A DNA stretch of 64,000 bases from Octopus sinensis. Taxonomy: Eukaryota. The stretch covers positions 82,026,001-82,090,000 of the forward strand of contig NC_043003.1 of the NCBI RefSeq assembly GCF_006345805.1, given 5' to 3'. Under the pieces are notes generated by a model. That model did no database searches. It worked only from the letters and a program-made list of their open reading frames with translations, and was not told the origin of the DNA. Every line of letters starts with the position of its first letter. The stretch's first letter is position 1. The position numbers and the translations under genes were made by a program. This document shows, piece after piece, positions 26,245 to 39,157 of the stretch.

Positions 26245-26629
26245 CATCCACCTCCAATATTGACAAATATATTTTGCTGAATGCGTATTGTAGAAACCGG
26301 AGAGAACCGCCTTTCATCTATTTATGTTACTATCTGCAGACATTAATAATTAATATATGTTATTTAATAATTGTCCAGTAAGAACATCTGGCAAATGATA
26401 AACGTTAATTTTAATTACTTCTTTCATGTTATTGTGAGATAATTATAGTTCTTTAGATTGATAATATGTTTGTAAATATGTATATGTATACATCCACACA
26501 CACTTACACATGCTTACATATAAGGCCGCATATATCTAAATAAATATACGAGTACGAGTGAGTGGACAAAAGAAAGACGCGTACTCAACTAATTTATTGG
26601 TAGTTACACGTATGTATCAAAAAAGTTTG

Positions 26630-28215
26630 ATTCAAATTCATTCTTACACTTCAGTTTCAAACGTGATGCTAATCGGTAGCCATTTTGAATTTGAATGACA
26701 GAAGTTGATTGTAATTACCGAAAGGTGGGCTACGATTGGTCGAGGAAGGTGTCGTGGTTTCATGTTGGTATATGGGTAAGAGTTAGTTGTAAAATACTGA
26801 ATGGCGAACAGGAAATGGACTGGGTGGAGGAAAGGAAATAAAGCACGTAGTGATTATAAATCGGTCAGGTTGTTGGTGTGGGGTACTAAAGGCAACATAT
26901 GCAAATATATAGTTCTATATGTAAATAATCGGTGGACCTGGGCAGTTGTCGAATGGTACCCGCGTGAGCAGAAACTACCACTCGGAAGGCCTCCACGACG
27001 GTGGAGTTACGATTTCAGGAGGACGATTGGGATCATGTGGATGAGAAAGGCGTGATCCAGAGAGGAGTGGACAGCGTGCTATGACCAGCAGTGTCAAATG
27101 GACGCCTGACGAACTGTTCGGTCAAGGTCAAGCTGATGTAAATGTGCAGACGCACTCATATAGATTTGTGTGAATATGTATATTAATACGAGTGTGCGCA
27201 TCTCTACATGGGCTCGCACGCGCACGTCTGCAAATATACACACAGGCTCATGCACACATGTGCTTCGCCGAACACGCACGCGGACAGAGCGCCACCATAT
27301 TCATCTGGTTCCCCCCAACTACTAGCTCTGCCCCAACGAAAAACTGCATATCCTCCAACAACCCGCAGTATCCATTAACAAGAAATATGATTTATGGAAT
27401 TGCTGTAACCAGAGATACGCTCTTCTGACAAATTTCAGGTCCCTGGCTGGCGACAAGCTGGATATACCACTTTAGTCTCAGCTGCTACACTAGGCCGCCT
27501 GCACCAAGGTCTCCTGTACCAAGCAATCTCATGACCAGGACCGCCATTTACTAATCCCCAAAGTTTACCAACTCCAAACGCAAACCAGTCCCCAAGACAT
27601 ACACATTCCCAACGCTTACCAATGCCCAAATTTACTTTCCGCTTGTATACTCGCGCACACGCGCAAGCAAGTGCAAATGTGCACGCGCATGGGTGTATGT
27701 GCACACACTGGTAGGCATGCTTACATTCCTGCGAATATACATCTGTATATATGAATGAATACACATGTGTGTCTATGGGTGTATGTGTGTGCATGTGTGT
27801 GTATGCCTATGTATGTGTGTGCGTGTGTGCAGACGTGCATGTACAGATGCGCACACTCGCATCAATATACACAAGCACGCAAAAATATATAGGCGCGTCT
27901 GTAAACCTACATATAGAACTATATCCTTGCACATGCAGCTTCTTCTTACACCCCTTCCTCGAAAAACCCAACCGATTTTTAGTCGCCATGTCCTCTATTT
28001 CCTGCTCACCATGTTGTCAATTTCCTCTTTGCCATGCAGTATTTTACAATTAACTTTTACCCTTATACCACGATGAAACCACGACACCGCGTGAGCTTCC
28101 TCGACCAGGCCAACTTTATGGTAATAAGAATCAACTTCTGTCATCCAAATTGGAAATGGCTGACGACTAGCATCATGCTTGAAACTCAAGCGTAGTAAGA
28201 TATTTGAATCAAAGT
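26630..28215. repeat. Diverged inverted repeat pair (Penelope-like terminal repeats) around a ~550-bp spacer
   Basis: 26630-27260 (excluding the RTE insert) is homologous to the reverse complement of ~27800-28215, e.g. gatgacagaagttgatt, ggtcgaggaag, gtgtcgtggtttcat, gttctatatgta, gagtgtgcgcatct. Confidence 0.8.
26927..27135 (+). mobile_element. 5'-truncated RTE LINE 3' end with 8-bp TSD
   Basis: NRWTWAVVEWYPREQKLPLGRPPRRWSYDF (RTE C-terminus); flanked by ATGTAAAT at 26919-26926 and 27136-27143. Confidence 0.88.
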
Positions 28216-28266
28216 GTTTCCTTTCCATATATATATATATATATTATTATTATTATTATTATTCAA

Positions 28267-28430
28267 GGGCATATGGCATAGTGGTTAAGAGCGCGGACTA
28301 CTAACCCCAAGATTCCGAGTTCGATTCCAGGCAGTGACCTGAATAATAATAATACTGCTAATAATAATAATGATAATAATAATAATAACATCGAAAAATA
28401 CCTTAGGAACGAGAACCCAGGTTCGAAATG
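28267..28430 (+). mobile_element. tRNA-derived SINE, family C (5' part)
   Basis: GGCATAGTGGTTAAGAGCGCGGACTACTAACCCCAAGATTCCGAGTTCGATTCC, (AAT)n, then aacatcgaaaaataccttagg. Confidence 0.88.
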
Positions 28431-29417
28431 GATTATGGGAAATGTGAGCGACATATGTTTCATAGCGAGTAAAACCTCATAAGTGATAAAATCCAAGTGA
28501 GTTTTATACCGACGGCTACACTTCAGGCCAACGATATCTTGATTGGAATAAATATTACATTGTCGTAAGGAGGTACATGTTGACGCAACGATTCAGTCAG
28601 AATGTATAGATGGCACAGTACGTGAGGGGGTATATAAATGAGGGGAGAAATAAGTAATAGAAGAATGGAAGTAAGAAGAGAAAGAGAAATAAATAAATAA
28701 AATAAAATAATTTTTTAAAAAATAGAATACAAAATAGAGGAATTATTTCTTTATTATCCATAAGGATTAACACAGATGGGAACAATACAATGATTTGGGT
28801 TCAAAAATAGAACTTTTTACAATGAAATCGGATGGATTAGAATACAAAATAGAGGAATGAGAGAAAGGAGGATTTGGACGTGTCGGTGTGGTAGATAATA
28901 TAGTAGTTTTAGATTAATCATCTCAGAATTCAGTTGAGGGATTGGCATGTGAAGTGAAGGGAAATTGGAGAAGAGATGGTGGGGGTGAAATATTTTGGGT
29001 CACAGGGGACAAAAGAAAATGTCTGAATAAAGTAAGATGGAATGGGGTGTTTAAGTAAGGCTAGTCGTTTGATGGTCAACAGGCGTAAATTTACGTTAAC
29101 GGGTGACAAGGGTAAGTGTGGGAAGGGGCAGAAATGTAAGGAGAGAAGAATATTTTAGGCATTAAGTAAAAATACGCATAAAAAATAATAATTGATGATT
29201 AAGGAATTAAAAAGGTAAAAAATATTGTTGGTTTAGTACGTAGTGGTAGTGAGAGTGGACGAGTAGGAAAAAGAATATATTAAGACAAAAGTGGGGTGGA
29301 GTAATTATTTGTGTTTCGAGAATAGATTTAATGCCCGATTTTTGCAGGTGAATATTATATTACACGTAATTTTACAATATAGTTCAAGAACATTTTCACA
29401 TCCAAACACTCACTTAC

Positions 29418-29479
29418 TATTTCACTGATGTAAACGAGTTTAGAAATTTACTAATCGTCAACAATTCAAATTTGCAACA
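29418..29479 (-). CDS. Candidate 62-bp exon
   Basis: Acceptor tattcatattcgttctttag, donor AATA|gtaagt; phase 0 to 2: CCKFELLTISKFLNSFTSVK. Confidence 0.22.
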
Positions 29480-29706
29480 CTAAAGAACGAATATGAATAC
29501 AGTGATAGACTGGAATTTCATCTTGAAATAAGTTACTGGCATCTATTTCGTTTTTCATCAAAACATACACACATATACACACTTGCATATTTATGTGTGT
29601 GTGTTTGTGAATACATAAATACTAAAGTGAAGTAGAAACTGAAAAATCATAGTTAAATAAAAATTTGTGAGAATCACACATAACCATACATAAAACTCCA
29701 GAAATA

Positions 29707-30226
29707 CCGTAAATCCTCGAGTATAATCCGTATTTTTTCCTAAAATTTAAAGGTCAAAATCCCTCGTGCGTGCTATATACGAGGTTAAAAATGAAAAATA
29801 TTTTCTAAGCAATGTTCGAGTCTCTATTTGCTGTCCGGCAATGTTTATTCAGACGCATTTTGTAACGTCTTGCGTGAAAACACCTTAAGCTAAGCCTGAA
29901 AGCAATGAAGTCATAAAAGAATCATCCATAACTTGCAATAAGCAACATTTATTAAAATAAAAGTATTCAGAACACAGAATAACATGTAAGAAAAACAATT
30001 GCAAACATATTTACATTCCCATATAACAGTTAAGAACATCACCATTATTGTATTACGCATGCGTGGAAGTGCTTGTTCGACTAGGTGCTGCTGGCTTAAT
30101 TACGCACGACTCAAGTTAGAGAAGTGGTGCGTATTATATACAAGGTTTAGGTTTTTCAGATGTACAACCTCCTAAAAATCCCCTGCGTATTATACCCAAG
30201 GGCGGACTATACTCGAGGATTTACGA
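29707..30226. mobile_element. 520-bp non-autonomous pogo/Tc1-type MITE
   Basis: 24-bp TIRs CCGTAAATCCTCGAGTATAATCCG vs CGGACTATACTCGAGGATTTACGA (2 mismatches); TA on both sides; sub-terminal TGCGT(G/A)(C/T)TATA repeats. Confidence 0.9.
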
Positions 30227-32379
30227 TATACATAAACATTCAGAGAGTCTTATTTTTAAAAAATAGTATGCACATGCGCTCGTACAAACTCAAAAACGCC
30301 CACACATTCGCATATGGCTTCTTAATAAACAGTAAGACACAGAAGAATTACCATAGTTCGGCTTTGAACATAAAGCTTATAAAATATAGAAACACTTCTA
30401 GTTTGCAAAGATATCCAAAATATTTTATTTATATTTTATAATAAAACTAATTTCATGCCACGCAGTACGATAAAGTGAATCATCATGGATACAAATTTTG
30501 TAACATTTCCCTTCCATGCCAAAAACAATAATTAAATGCTATGAGTCCTATAAAAATATGATATACACGCATATTAATTGATGGTAAAAAATTTTAGATC
30601 ATTTCATGGATTAGATTGTGTAGCTTTTTTTTAAGCTTTTCCCTTTCTTTTTTTGCATTTTCTAGCTGGTTGGTTTATACCATATATTGTTTTCTACGAA
30701 AGAATGCCTAAGCTTCTTAAATTTTAATTCTCTACACAATACCAATAAAATAGTCAAATAAAAATATAGTCTAAAGTCTTTCTGTTCTGTATTTTAATGA
30801 CATTAATTTATAATATAAGAGATTATGTTATTCTAATGTTATTTGAAGTCCATACAGACCAAATTGTCAGACTCATGTCACATCACATCAAATTCCTCTA
30901 ACCGTTCTAGTCCCCACAAATAACGTTGAACTCTTCTTCTTTATTACTTTTTCTTTAATATCTACCCTGAGATTTAGGTTGTGTAGAAAGCACCTTCCAA
31001 ATATTTAAGATACTTGTTTCTTTAAAATATTGGTAATATTAACATTTTCTAAAAATAGATGCAAGTTTGAATGTATTCTAAATTTTCTATTTGTATATAT
31101 ATACGTTTCTATTTTGTTGATAAAATATAAATATTGAATTAATGATAGAGATTGTTTGGAATTATACTTTAAAATATATCTCCTTTTCCAAAATGTTAGA
31201 AAGAAAATATTGTCCAAAGAAACACGTCATAAAATTGATCTTTACCACTGTCATTTTAACACTTTCGACATCAATTCAACCGAGAAATCTCATTGTTTCT
31301 TAAAATTTTTAGGTAATTAAAATATTCTTTCATACTTTCATGTAATAACGTTTTGTTGGCTTATATATCAAACATCGGTTTGATAATAAAATTATAATTA
31401 TAACGCAAAAATTTTCCTGTAAAGCTTTATTATTATTATCAAACTTGAGACACCTACGCTATATATTCCAAGAAGCATGAATTAATAATTCATGTGTGCC
31501 TTATGTGCAGTTCTGTTTTTGATGTCTAAGTCTTTGATTTTGATATCTTAAGAATTCATTGGATTCATTTAATCTACTTAACGGCCAGTGAACTTGGTAG
31601 AGCATCGACAGGCTTTCCATTAGCTGTTAGATTATATAGGGGAAATAAAACATTTTCCCCAGAGGAATATATTGGTAAAATGTATATAAGTATTGCATGA
31701 AACTTTTGATTCAAAATTTTTATATTTTCAAATAATGAGTTTCAAATTGTACTATCGGTTTTAGTGGAATTTCAAACGTTGTTCCCAAGATATATAACAA
31801 TATTTAGTTATCGTATATTATCGACATGTCTAGCATTTCTTCAGGATCTACCTCTACCTGATCGACATTCTCATTTACTCTAATGAAAAATGAATATGAA
31901 AATGTGAAGCTATTTAATTGAAAATGGTTATTAGATTGTTATTCATCAGTATCTTCAAACCTTTTTACCAAATCTACTTAGACAGTAAACAATTGTTTGC
32001 CGAATGTTTATTGAGATGTAAAATAGGTGTCTCACGCTAAATAAAGCAGTGGTATTAATGCAGTTGGTATCTTTTGAGTAAAATTAAATTCACCATATCT
32101 GTAGACAAAATCATAAATTTATTTTACCACTGAGAGAGAATTCTTGTAAATTATACGAACCGCGGCAGGTTATTAAAGTAATAAATATTAAATGTATTCG
32201 TACGTTCATTGTATGAACTTCTTTCTATTTCTTGTCCATTATGATAGCATTAATAAGATTATGTGGGATTTTAAATTATGATATTAAACGCAGTAAGTTA
32301 TATTATTTAAATTTACGATGTTGTCCCTTCATTACATTGCAAAACGCTGGTTGAAGTAGGACTGTTTACGAAATGGAAC

Positions 32380-33380
32380 TTCCTTACTGTGTATGTATGC
32401 GTGTGTGTCTGTGCATGTGTGTATATGTATATACACACACACACACACCATCCTACCCCAAAAAATTCTTTAAACAACACACATCTATTTTCGCCACCCT
32501 GGAACCATTCAAAAACATCCCCCACACACACGCAGACGCTTGTATACGTGTGTGTGCACGCACACAGGGGCACGCACACTCACACCAGTCTCACCTCCAT
32601 ACAGGCACATATATACACACGCAGCACCATGTCAAATGCCATCCACACTCATGCATGCGTACACACGCACACACGCACACACGCACGCGCACACACACGC
32701 ACACACAACACCATGACAACCACACACACTTGACAAACAGACGCCATCTGACCAAATATTACAGACACACAGACACATCTATTCACACACACACAGAGAG
32801 ACACACATATTCACCTCATCCTAACCCCAAAATCATTGATGCTTGAAGGAAAGCCAAAAACAGAAAAAACGGGTACATCTTTCTCAATTCTACATTTCTG
32901 CTAAAACGGACAGGTCAGTAAACAAACTCGCCTTGAATTCATAATATTCTGTACTGACCCTGAGATGTATAATATATATATTTTAATCTTTTCTGCCCAT
33001 TTTTTCAAATATTCTCATCATACTGTTGTACTTTCTTATGTCCTTAACATGTCCTTGTTACCAAAGACTGTATATATACATGTAATGTGGCAATTTGCAA
33101 CAACCAATAATTAACGCAACCAAACTTCCAATAATATATTTGTTTTATCCTTTTCTGCCCATTTTTTCAAATATTCTCATCACACTGTTGTACTTCTTTA
33201 TGTACTTAACATGTCCCTGTTACCAAAGACTGTATATACACATGTAATGTGGCAATTATGTAAAAAATGTTTTTGAATTCATAATATTCTATGTTACTTT
33301 TGACAATTTTTTCCAAAGAGTGAAACCGGTTAAGTAAATAAACATCTTTTAAATTGCATTTTCAAACCTTCTTTCGTATA
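32380..33380. repeat. ~1-kb dispersed repeat, inverted relative to the copies in 37801-40487
   Basis: Long blocks match in reverse complement (ccatcctaccccaaaaaattctttaaa; ccaaagactgtata; aaccttctttcgtat); internal ~160-bp direct duplication at ~32990/33151. Confidence 0.9.
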
Positions 33381-33417
33381 TAATTCCACTCGTGCGATAC
33401 CCCACAAGTCAACTTTG

Positions 33418-33470
<53 letters not shown>

Positions 33471-33604
33471 TAAACATAAATTCAGAATGCATTCTATATC
33501 GAGTGAAAAAACGGTATGGACGATTTGTTTTGGAGTCTAATAATACCATGTACGCCTATGAAGATTTACAAACATACTTTCCCAATGATACTCGGTTTAC
33601 CTAC

Positions 33605-33706
33605 CATTATAAACAATACCAAATGTTTTTTTCTCAAACCTTTCATAATGTGAACCAAGTCTTTGGTGTAGCAATTGCACGCGGCTGAAGAAGGCTTTTG
33701 ATCTAT
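33605..33706 (-). CDS. Candidate 102-bp exon
   Basis: Acceptor gatataacag (alternative tag 4 nt downstream), donor AATG|gtaggt; RSKAFFSRVQLLHQRLGSHYERFEKKTFGIVYN. The + strand is also open here, so strand is ambiguous. Confidence 0.28.
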
Positions 33707-33919
33707 CTGTTATATCGAATATGCATTGATGTAAGAATAAGTTGTTCTATAAAGCCCGAAACATATGTACCGCAACACCCTTTGCGTCCTGTTTTTCATT
33801 TATTTCATTTGATACATATATACATAAACATATATATATATACATATAAATTTATACACACAGGCACATATATATGTATATACATATGTATATATGTATG
33901 AATGCATACATAAATACAT

Positions 33920-34310
33920 ATGTTTTTGGGCTACATGTTTCAATCATTAGATCGTGGTTATACTGGGCCACAGCCTTGAAGAATCTCAACCGAATGATTC
34001 GATGTCACTACTAATGATTTTCTAAGGTCTGGTACTTATTTTATCTGGATCGTTTGCCAAACTGTTGTTACGGCGACATAAACACACAAACGCCGCGTGT
34101 CAAGTAGTGGTGGGAGGAAACAAAGACGCAAAGAATCACACATACAGTTGTATATAGATATGTGTACGATGGCTTCTTTAATTTTCCGTTTACCAAATGG
34201 TATCAAAAGATCTTGATCGGCCCGAGACTTTAGTAGAAGTGGGACTGAACAAAGTGGGACTGAACCCTGAACCGTGTGGGTAGAAATCAAATTCTTACCA
34301 CACAGCCGCT
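33920..34310 (-). mobile_element. SINE family A, diverged copy
   Basis: gtgggactgaaccctgaaccgtgtggg...cttaccacacagcc and ggcccgagact blocks match family A. Confidence 0.7.
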
Positions 34311-34377
34311 ATCTATACATATACATACAAAAATATTTGTAGACATAAACTCATATCTATCTATTTACCTGTCCATC

Positions 34378-34416
<39 letters not shown>

Positions 34417-34467
34417 TAGACATACATACACACACACATATATACATATACATATATAGACATACAT

Positions 34468-34498
<31 letters not shown>

Positions 34499-35434
34499 GA
34501 TATACATACACACACACACATACATACATACACACACACACACATATATATATATATATCAATAACTTTATAATGTATACGATTGCTTAAGAGCTGTATA
34601 CAATTTCTGACATAATCATTCATCAAATATAGTTTTAAAATATGTCTCGTCTAGATATTTTGTTTCAGTGTAGCTTTTTGAAACGGGCTTAAAGGAATTA
34701 GCAATACCTATCAGTTTGACAGAAGATATATTTGTGATGCCTCATTTTGCAATGTCTTTGTGTGAGCTCCTTTCATAATCTTCTCATCAAATTTATCTAT
34801 CACATGCGCTGAGATGAGATTTTTTGCAAAAGATATATCTCTTGACAAAACGAACTCATGTGTCATAATTTATTATTGATTCCTTGTGGTTTTAAGCGCA
34901 GAAAATGTATTGTGTGACACTGTGTAATAAATTTACCGTGGATCAATGAAGTGCGAAAATACAGACTCAAAAACATATAGTCATTTTTTTTCCTATATAT
35001 TTCATATGTAAAAAATTCTGAGTAAATATACTTTTGTCAACAATAACATGAATTATTTTTGAAGTCGCAAATTTTAAGCAACATTTACGAATAAACCTAT
35101 GGGACTATATATTTTTATATATTATTTTCGCCTTTTATTTTAAGTTTATTAAAATAACTTTATAAATTATGGTATCAATATTGCTGAAAAATAATCAATA
35201 TTATATAAATTTTAATACAAGTGCGTTAGGGCATTAATCAAGATTTGTTTGGGTATAGACGAAGGGCAGTGCAAAATTTTATTCAAATTTAATTCCTGAA
35301 TATTTTGGATTCCTCTATGCCATTAATATCACTCTGCATGTTTAAATGTTAGAACGACGCATCTTACTCTTGCTTTTTACAATAAAAAGCAATTTTCGAA
35401 TATAAAATTTTCATGAACTCTAATAAGTGCATAC

Positions 35435-35497
35435 GTTTCTGATCTTGAATATAAACTAAAACGATATGTGTTTAATCTACTTGGAAAGCTGCTAAAT
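35435..35497 (-). CDS. Candidate 63-bp exon
   Basis: Acceptor cttattttctgttttcag, donor AAAC|gtatgc; phase 2 to 2: FSSFPSRLNTYRFSLYSRSE. Confidence 0.3.
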
Positions 35498-36779
35498 CTG
35501 AAAACAGAAAATAAGTATACTTTCAGCTGCTCTAAAGTAAAGTTTCTCCTCGTGTTTCTATTATACAATGTTGAGATATCTATTTCAAGTAGTATAAGAC
35601 AACAATAAAGATGTCAGCATACTTGAATACGCTGGTGAACAATTTACAATTTACAGAGTGGAGTATAGTTTTCTCTTTTATCATAATTCCATTCACATCT
35701 AGGTTGTTAGATAAAAATGTTAAATCGTCACAAACACTTGACTAGTAATTCATTTTTGTCTGACACTAACACTATTCAGCCAATCTAAACTGTATTGCCA
35801 ATTTAAACTGTATTTAACTGGTACTTACGCTACATTTTCCTGGCGTAAATGATAACTTCCTTCACTAAATACTACGACATATTCAGTCAATTACGCTACC
35901 GAAATAATGTAATCCTTACATATGCTTTAAATCTTGTAGTATTTCAAATAAATACATTTCAGTAACTTTCCTAGAATACTTCTAAAGTATAGTTGTAAAA
36001 ATACATATATACCTTCACTTCCCTAAGCTCACAGCTGAATTCTTCTACGTGTCAAACATGAACTAATGGGCTAAAGTAGACTATACACTATAAAATTTAA
36101 AGCTCTCAATCTACTTATATTAGTGGCCTTTATAATATGACAAATTGACAGTCATTGGAGATTTGGCTAGATATAAAATGCCCCAGGTTTTACTTTTCAT
36201 TCTCGGATATGACTTCAAACCCTTACGGATTGCACAAAAGCACCAACATATGGACTAGCGAAACTTTAAGAGAGTCGAGCAAGATGTTATGTGCTATGCG
36301 TGTGAGTTTTTATCATTCTCACAACAACGCCCGTCAGAAATGTGTGCCAATGTCTGTCGGCACAACTAGGTAGCCTCTCATTTAAGTAACATCGGTGGCA
36401 TTAGATGAAATTTGAATTATGCTCACGTTTGCACAGACATGTTCAGATATATGATCTGACAGTCCCATACCTTTACTTTTCTGGAAGATTTTCGTTTTCC
36501 TTCTTTGGATTATAAGTGACTTAAACTGCAACAAATGCATACAATAAAACTTGGCTATCTACGTGCATCAGCTGATTAATTTTTGATTATGAGCATCTAA
36601 TCTTACTATGGACACTTCTAACAGTGTCTTATTGTAATTATTTTTTTCTTCAATATTGCTTTATTTTCCCCAAATTTTTCTTGATTTTTCTTTCAATTTT
36701 CTTTTCTTTCCGAAATCCCTTGCTCGTTTTTCTCAGTTTTTAAAAAGTTTTTTCATTCCTTTTACCTATCACGATTCTC

Positions 36780-37400
36780 TTTCCCATTCGTCTCCAACGA
36801 ATTCGCTTGCAATCCACGTGCCTCTCAAAATTCTTCCCTTGCAGAACTATGTTCTTTTTCTTTGTCTAGTGTTGCATTGTCCTTCTTTCTCCTCTTTTGT
36901 TCATAACATCTTCCACAAATATCATCTCACAAGTAGACTATATTTTACTTCGATCACACACCCCACGTTACTCTCGCTATTCCTTTTAATCTTTACTGGC
37001 GGGAGTTCCCACCTTCTTAATTCAGCGCTTTCCTTACACACACTGATTACACACGCATATATACCGGCACCCCTCTGTAGTCCATGATACTATACCTCCG
37101 CACATTCACATTTCTACACACATATACATTCCCATAACCGTGCACAAAAGACTACTCCTTACACCTATCTTGAAACACGAATTTGTTCCTATACTTCCAC
37201 ATCCACCTCCCCTTGCGACCATATTAAATCACCTCCATAGAATCGCATTCTCAACTGTCCGCGTCATTCGTTTTTCCAAATACTTTTCCTCTTTCACTCT
37301 ATTTATATTTTCTAAACATTTTTTCCTGATAAAAAACTTTCGTCTGAAATGTTAAGAATCTTTCCCTTTCTTGTTAAACATTAAACTAATACAATATTTA
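36780..37400 (+). mobile_element. Probable Penelope-like element 3' remnant
   Basis: Pyrimidine/CA-rich strand ending CTGATAA...GAAATGTTAAG...gttaaacattaaactaatac; similar to 54690-55060. Confidence 0.4.
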
Positions 37401-37469
37401 TTAAAATATGTTTCTTCTGTTGTCATTTTTCGTCATTGCCTTCAAAATATATATTAAAATAAAGATCCT

Positions 37470-37690
37470 TCTCGAGTCATATAGAATCATAGGCCCGCTT
37501 TCCATGGCGTATATACCTCCCCCATGGACAGGATGCTGGTCTATCACAGCATTACTCATTTTTTGCCAGCTGAGTGGACTGGAGCAAAGTGAAATGAGAT
37601 ATTTTGCTTAAAAACACAGTGTAACACCCTATTCATGAATCGAAACCACAATCTTACGATCCTGTGTACAACACCCAGACCATTGATCCA
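37470..37690 (-). mobile_element. Diverged SINE copy
   Basis: gagtggactggagcaaagtgaaatgag...gaatcgaaaccacaatcttacgatc (reverse B-box-like segment); related fragment at ~43560-43625. Confidence 0.55.
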
Positions 37691-37760
37691 TGCTTCTTCA
37701 AACGTACGCATACGTAGATATGTGCATATATATCTTCACACATACATTCATACAGCAATA

Positions 37761-37800
<40 letters not shown>

Positions 37801-37808
<8 letters not shown>

Positions 37809-39078
37809 CGAAAGAAGGTTTGAAATGCAATTTAAAAGATGTTTATTTACTTTACCGGTTTCACTCTTTGGAAAAAGATTGTCAAAAGTAACATGTAGAA
37901 GTTTGGTTGCGTTAATTATTGGTTGTTACAAATTGCTACATTACATATATACAGTCTTTGGTAACAGGGACATGTTAAGGACATAAAAAAGTTCAACAAG
38001 TTCCTTAAAATATTGGGCACAAAAGATTCCTACATAAATAATCGTTCTCAAGGACATGCTTAAGATAATTTCCAGAAGGAATTGATATTGGTATTGGTAT
38101 TGTATCTGTATATTCAAACATGCACAGAATATTGGTTGACACAGAGTACTACAATCCATATAAATATACATTCTTTGGTGACAAGAGCATGCTGAGAATA
38201 TAAAAAAATTTAACAAGCTCACTGAAATAATGGGCACAAAAGATTACAACAAATATATTATACATTCTCAAGATAATTTCTAGAAGGAATTATTAAGAAA
38301 GTTCAGTATACACGTACAGAATATTATGAGTTCAAAAAGATTTACATTATAATAGTAGTGAAGCTAAACTGACCTGTCCGATATGGTAGCGTAAAAGGAG
38401 GAGTAAAGAATTGAAAAGAATTTACCCTTTTTTGTCTCTCCTTCAAGCATCAATGATTTTGGGGTCAGGATGGGGTGAGTGTGTGTGTCTTTGTGCCTGT
38501 GTGTGTGTGTGTATACATACATATGTGGTTTGAATAGATGTGTCTGTGTGTCTGTAAGATCTGGTAGGATGGTGTGTCCGTTTGTCAACCGCGTGTGTGG
38601 TTGTCTTGGTTTTGTGTGTGTGTGTATGTGTGTGGATGGCATTTGGCATGGTGCTGCGTGTGTATATGTGTGTCTGTATGGAGGTGAGATTGGTGTGAGT
38701 GTGTGTGTCCTTGTGTGTGTGCATATACATGTATACATGTGTTTGTGTGCGTTGGGGGGGGGGCTGTTATTGTTGGTTCCAGGGCGTTGTAAATAGATCT
38801 GGTGTAAATAGAGGTGTGTTATTTAAAGAATTTTTTGGGGTAGGATGGTGTATGTATATGTGTGCCTGTTTGTGTGTGTATGTGTTTGTTCGTATGTGTG
38901 TCCATGTCTGTTGGGTGTATCTGTGTGGCATGTGTGTATATGCGCTTTGCGTGTGTTGGTATTGAGTATGTGTTTGTGTGTGTGCGTATATATGGTGTGG
39001 GTGTACGCGTCTTTGTGTGCGTATATACATGTATACATGTGTCTACGCGTGTGTGCGGGCCACACATACACACTACAT

Positions 39079-39157
<79 letters not shown>

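Noticed and set aside
28267-28340. tRNA gene (also at 22850-22900, 41320-41378, 46090-46170)
   Set aside because: A/B boxes run straight into SINE bodies shared by several copies; no complete cloverleaf evident.
28723-28858. 21-bp direct repeat TAGAATACAAAATAGAGGAAT as a TSD
   Set aside because: Lies in a decayed repeat; the ~94-bp interval has no element features, so a local duplication is more likely.
33467-33688. + strand ORF (LYRVKKRYGRF...VAIARG) as a gene
   Set aside because: Begins in (TA)n, has no donor and no recognisable domain; the - strand frame has better splice signals.
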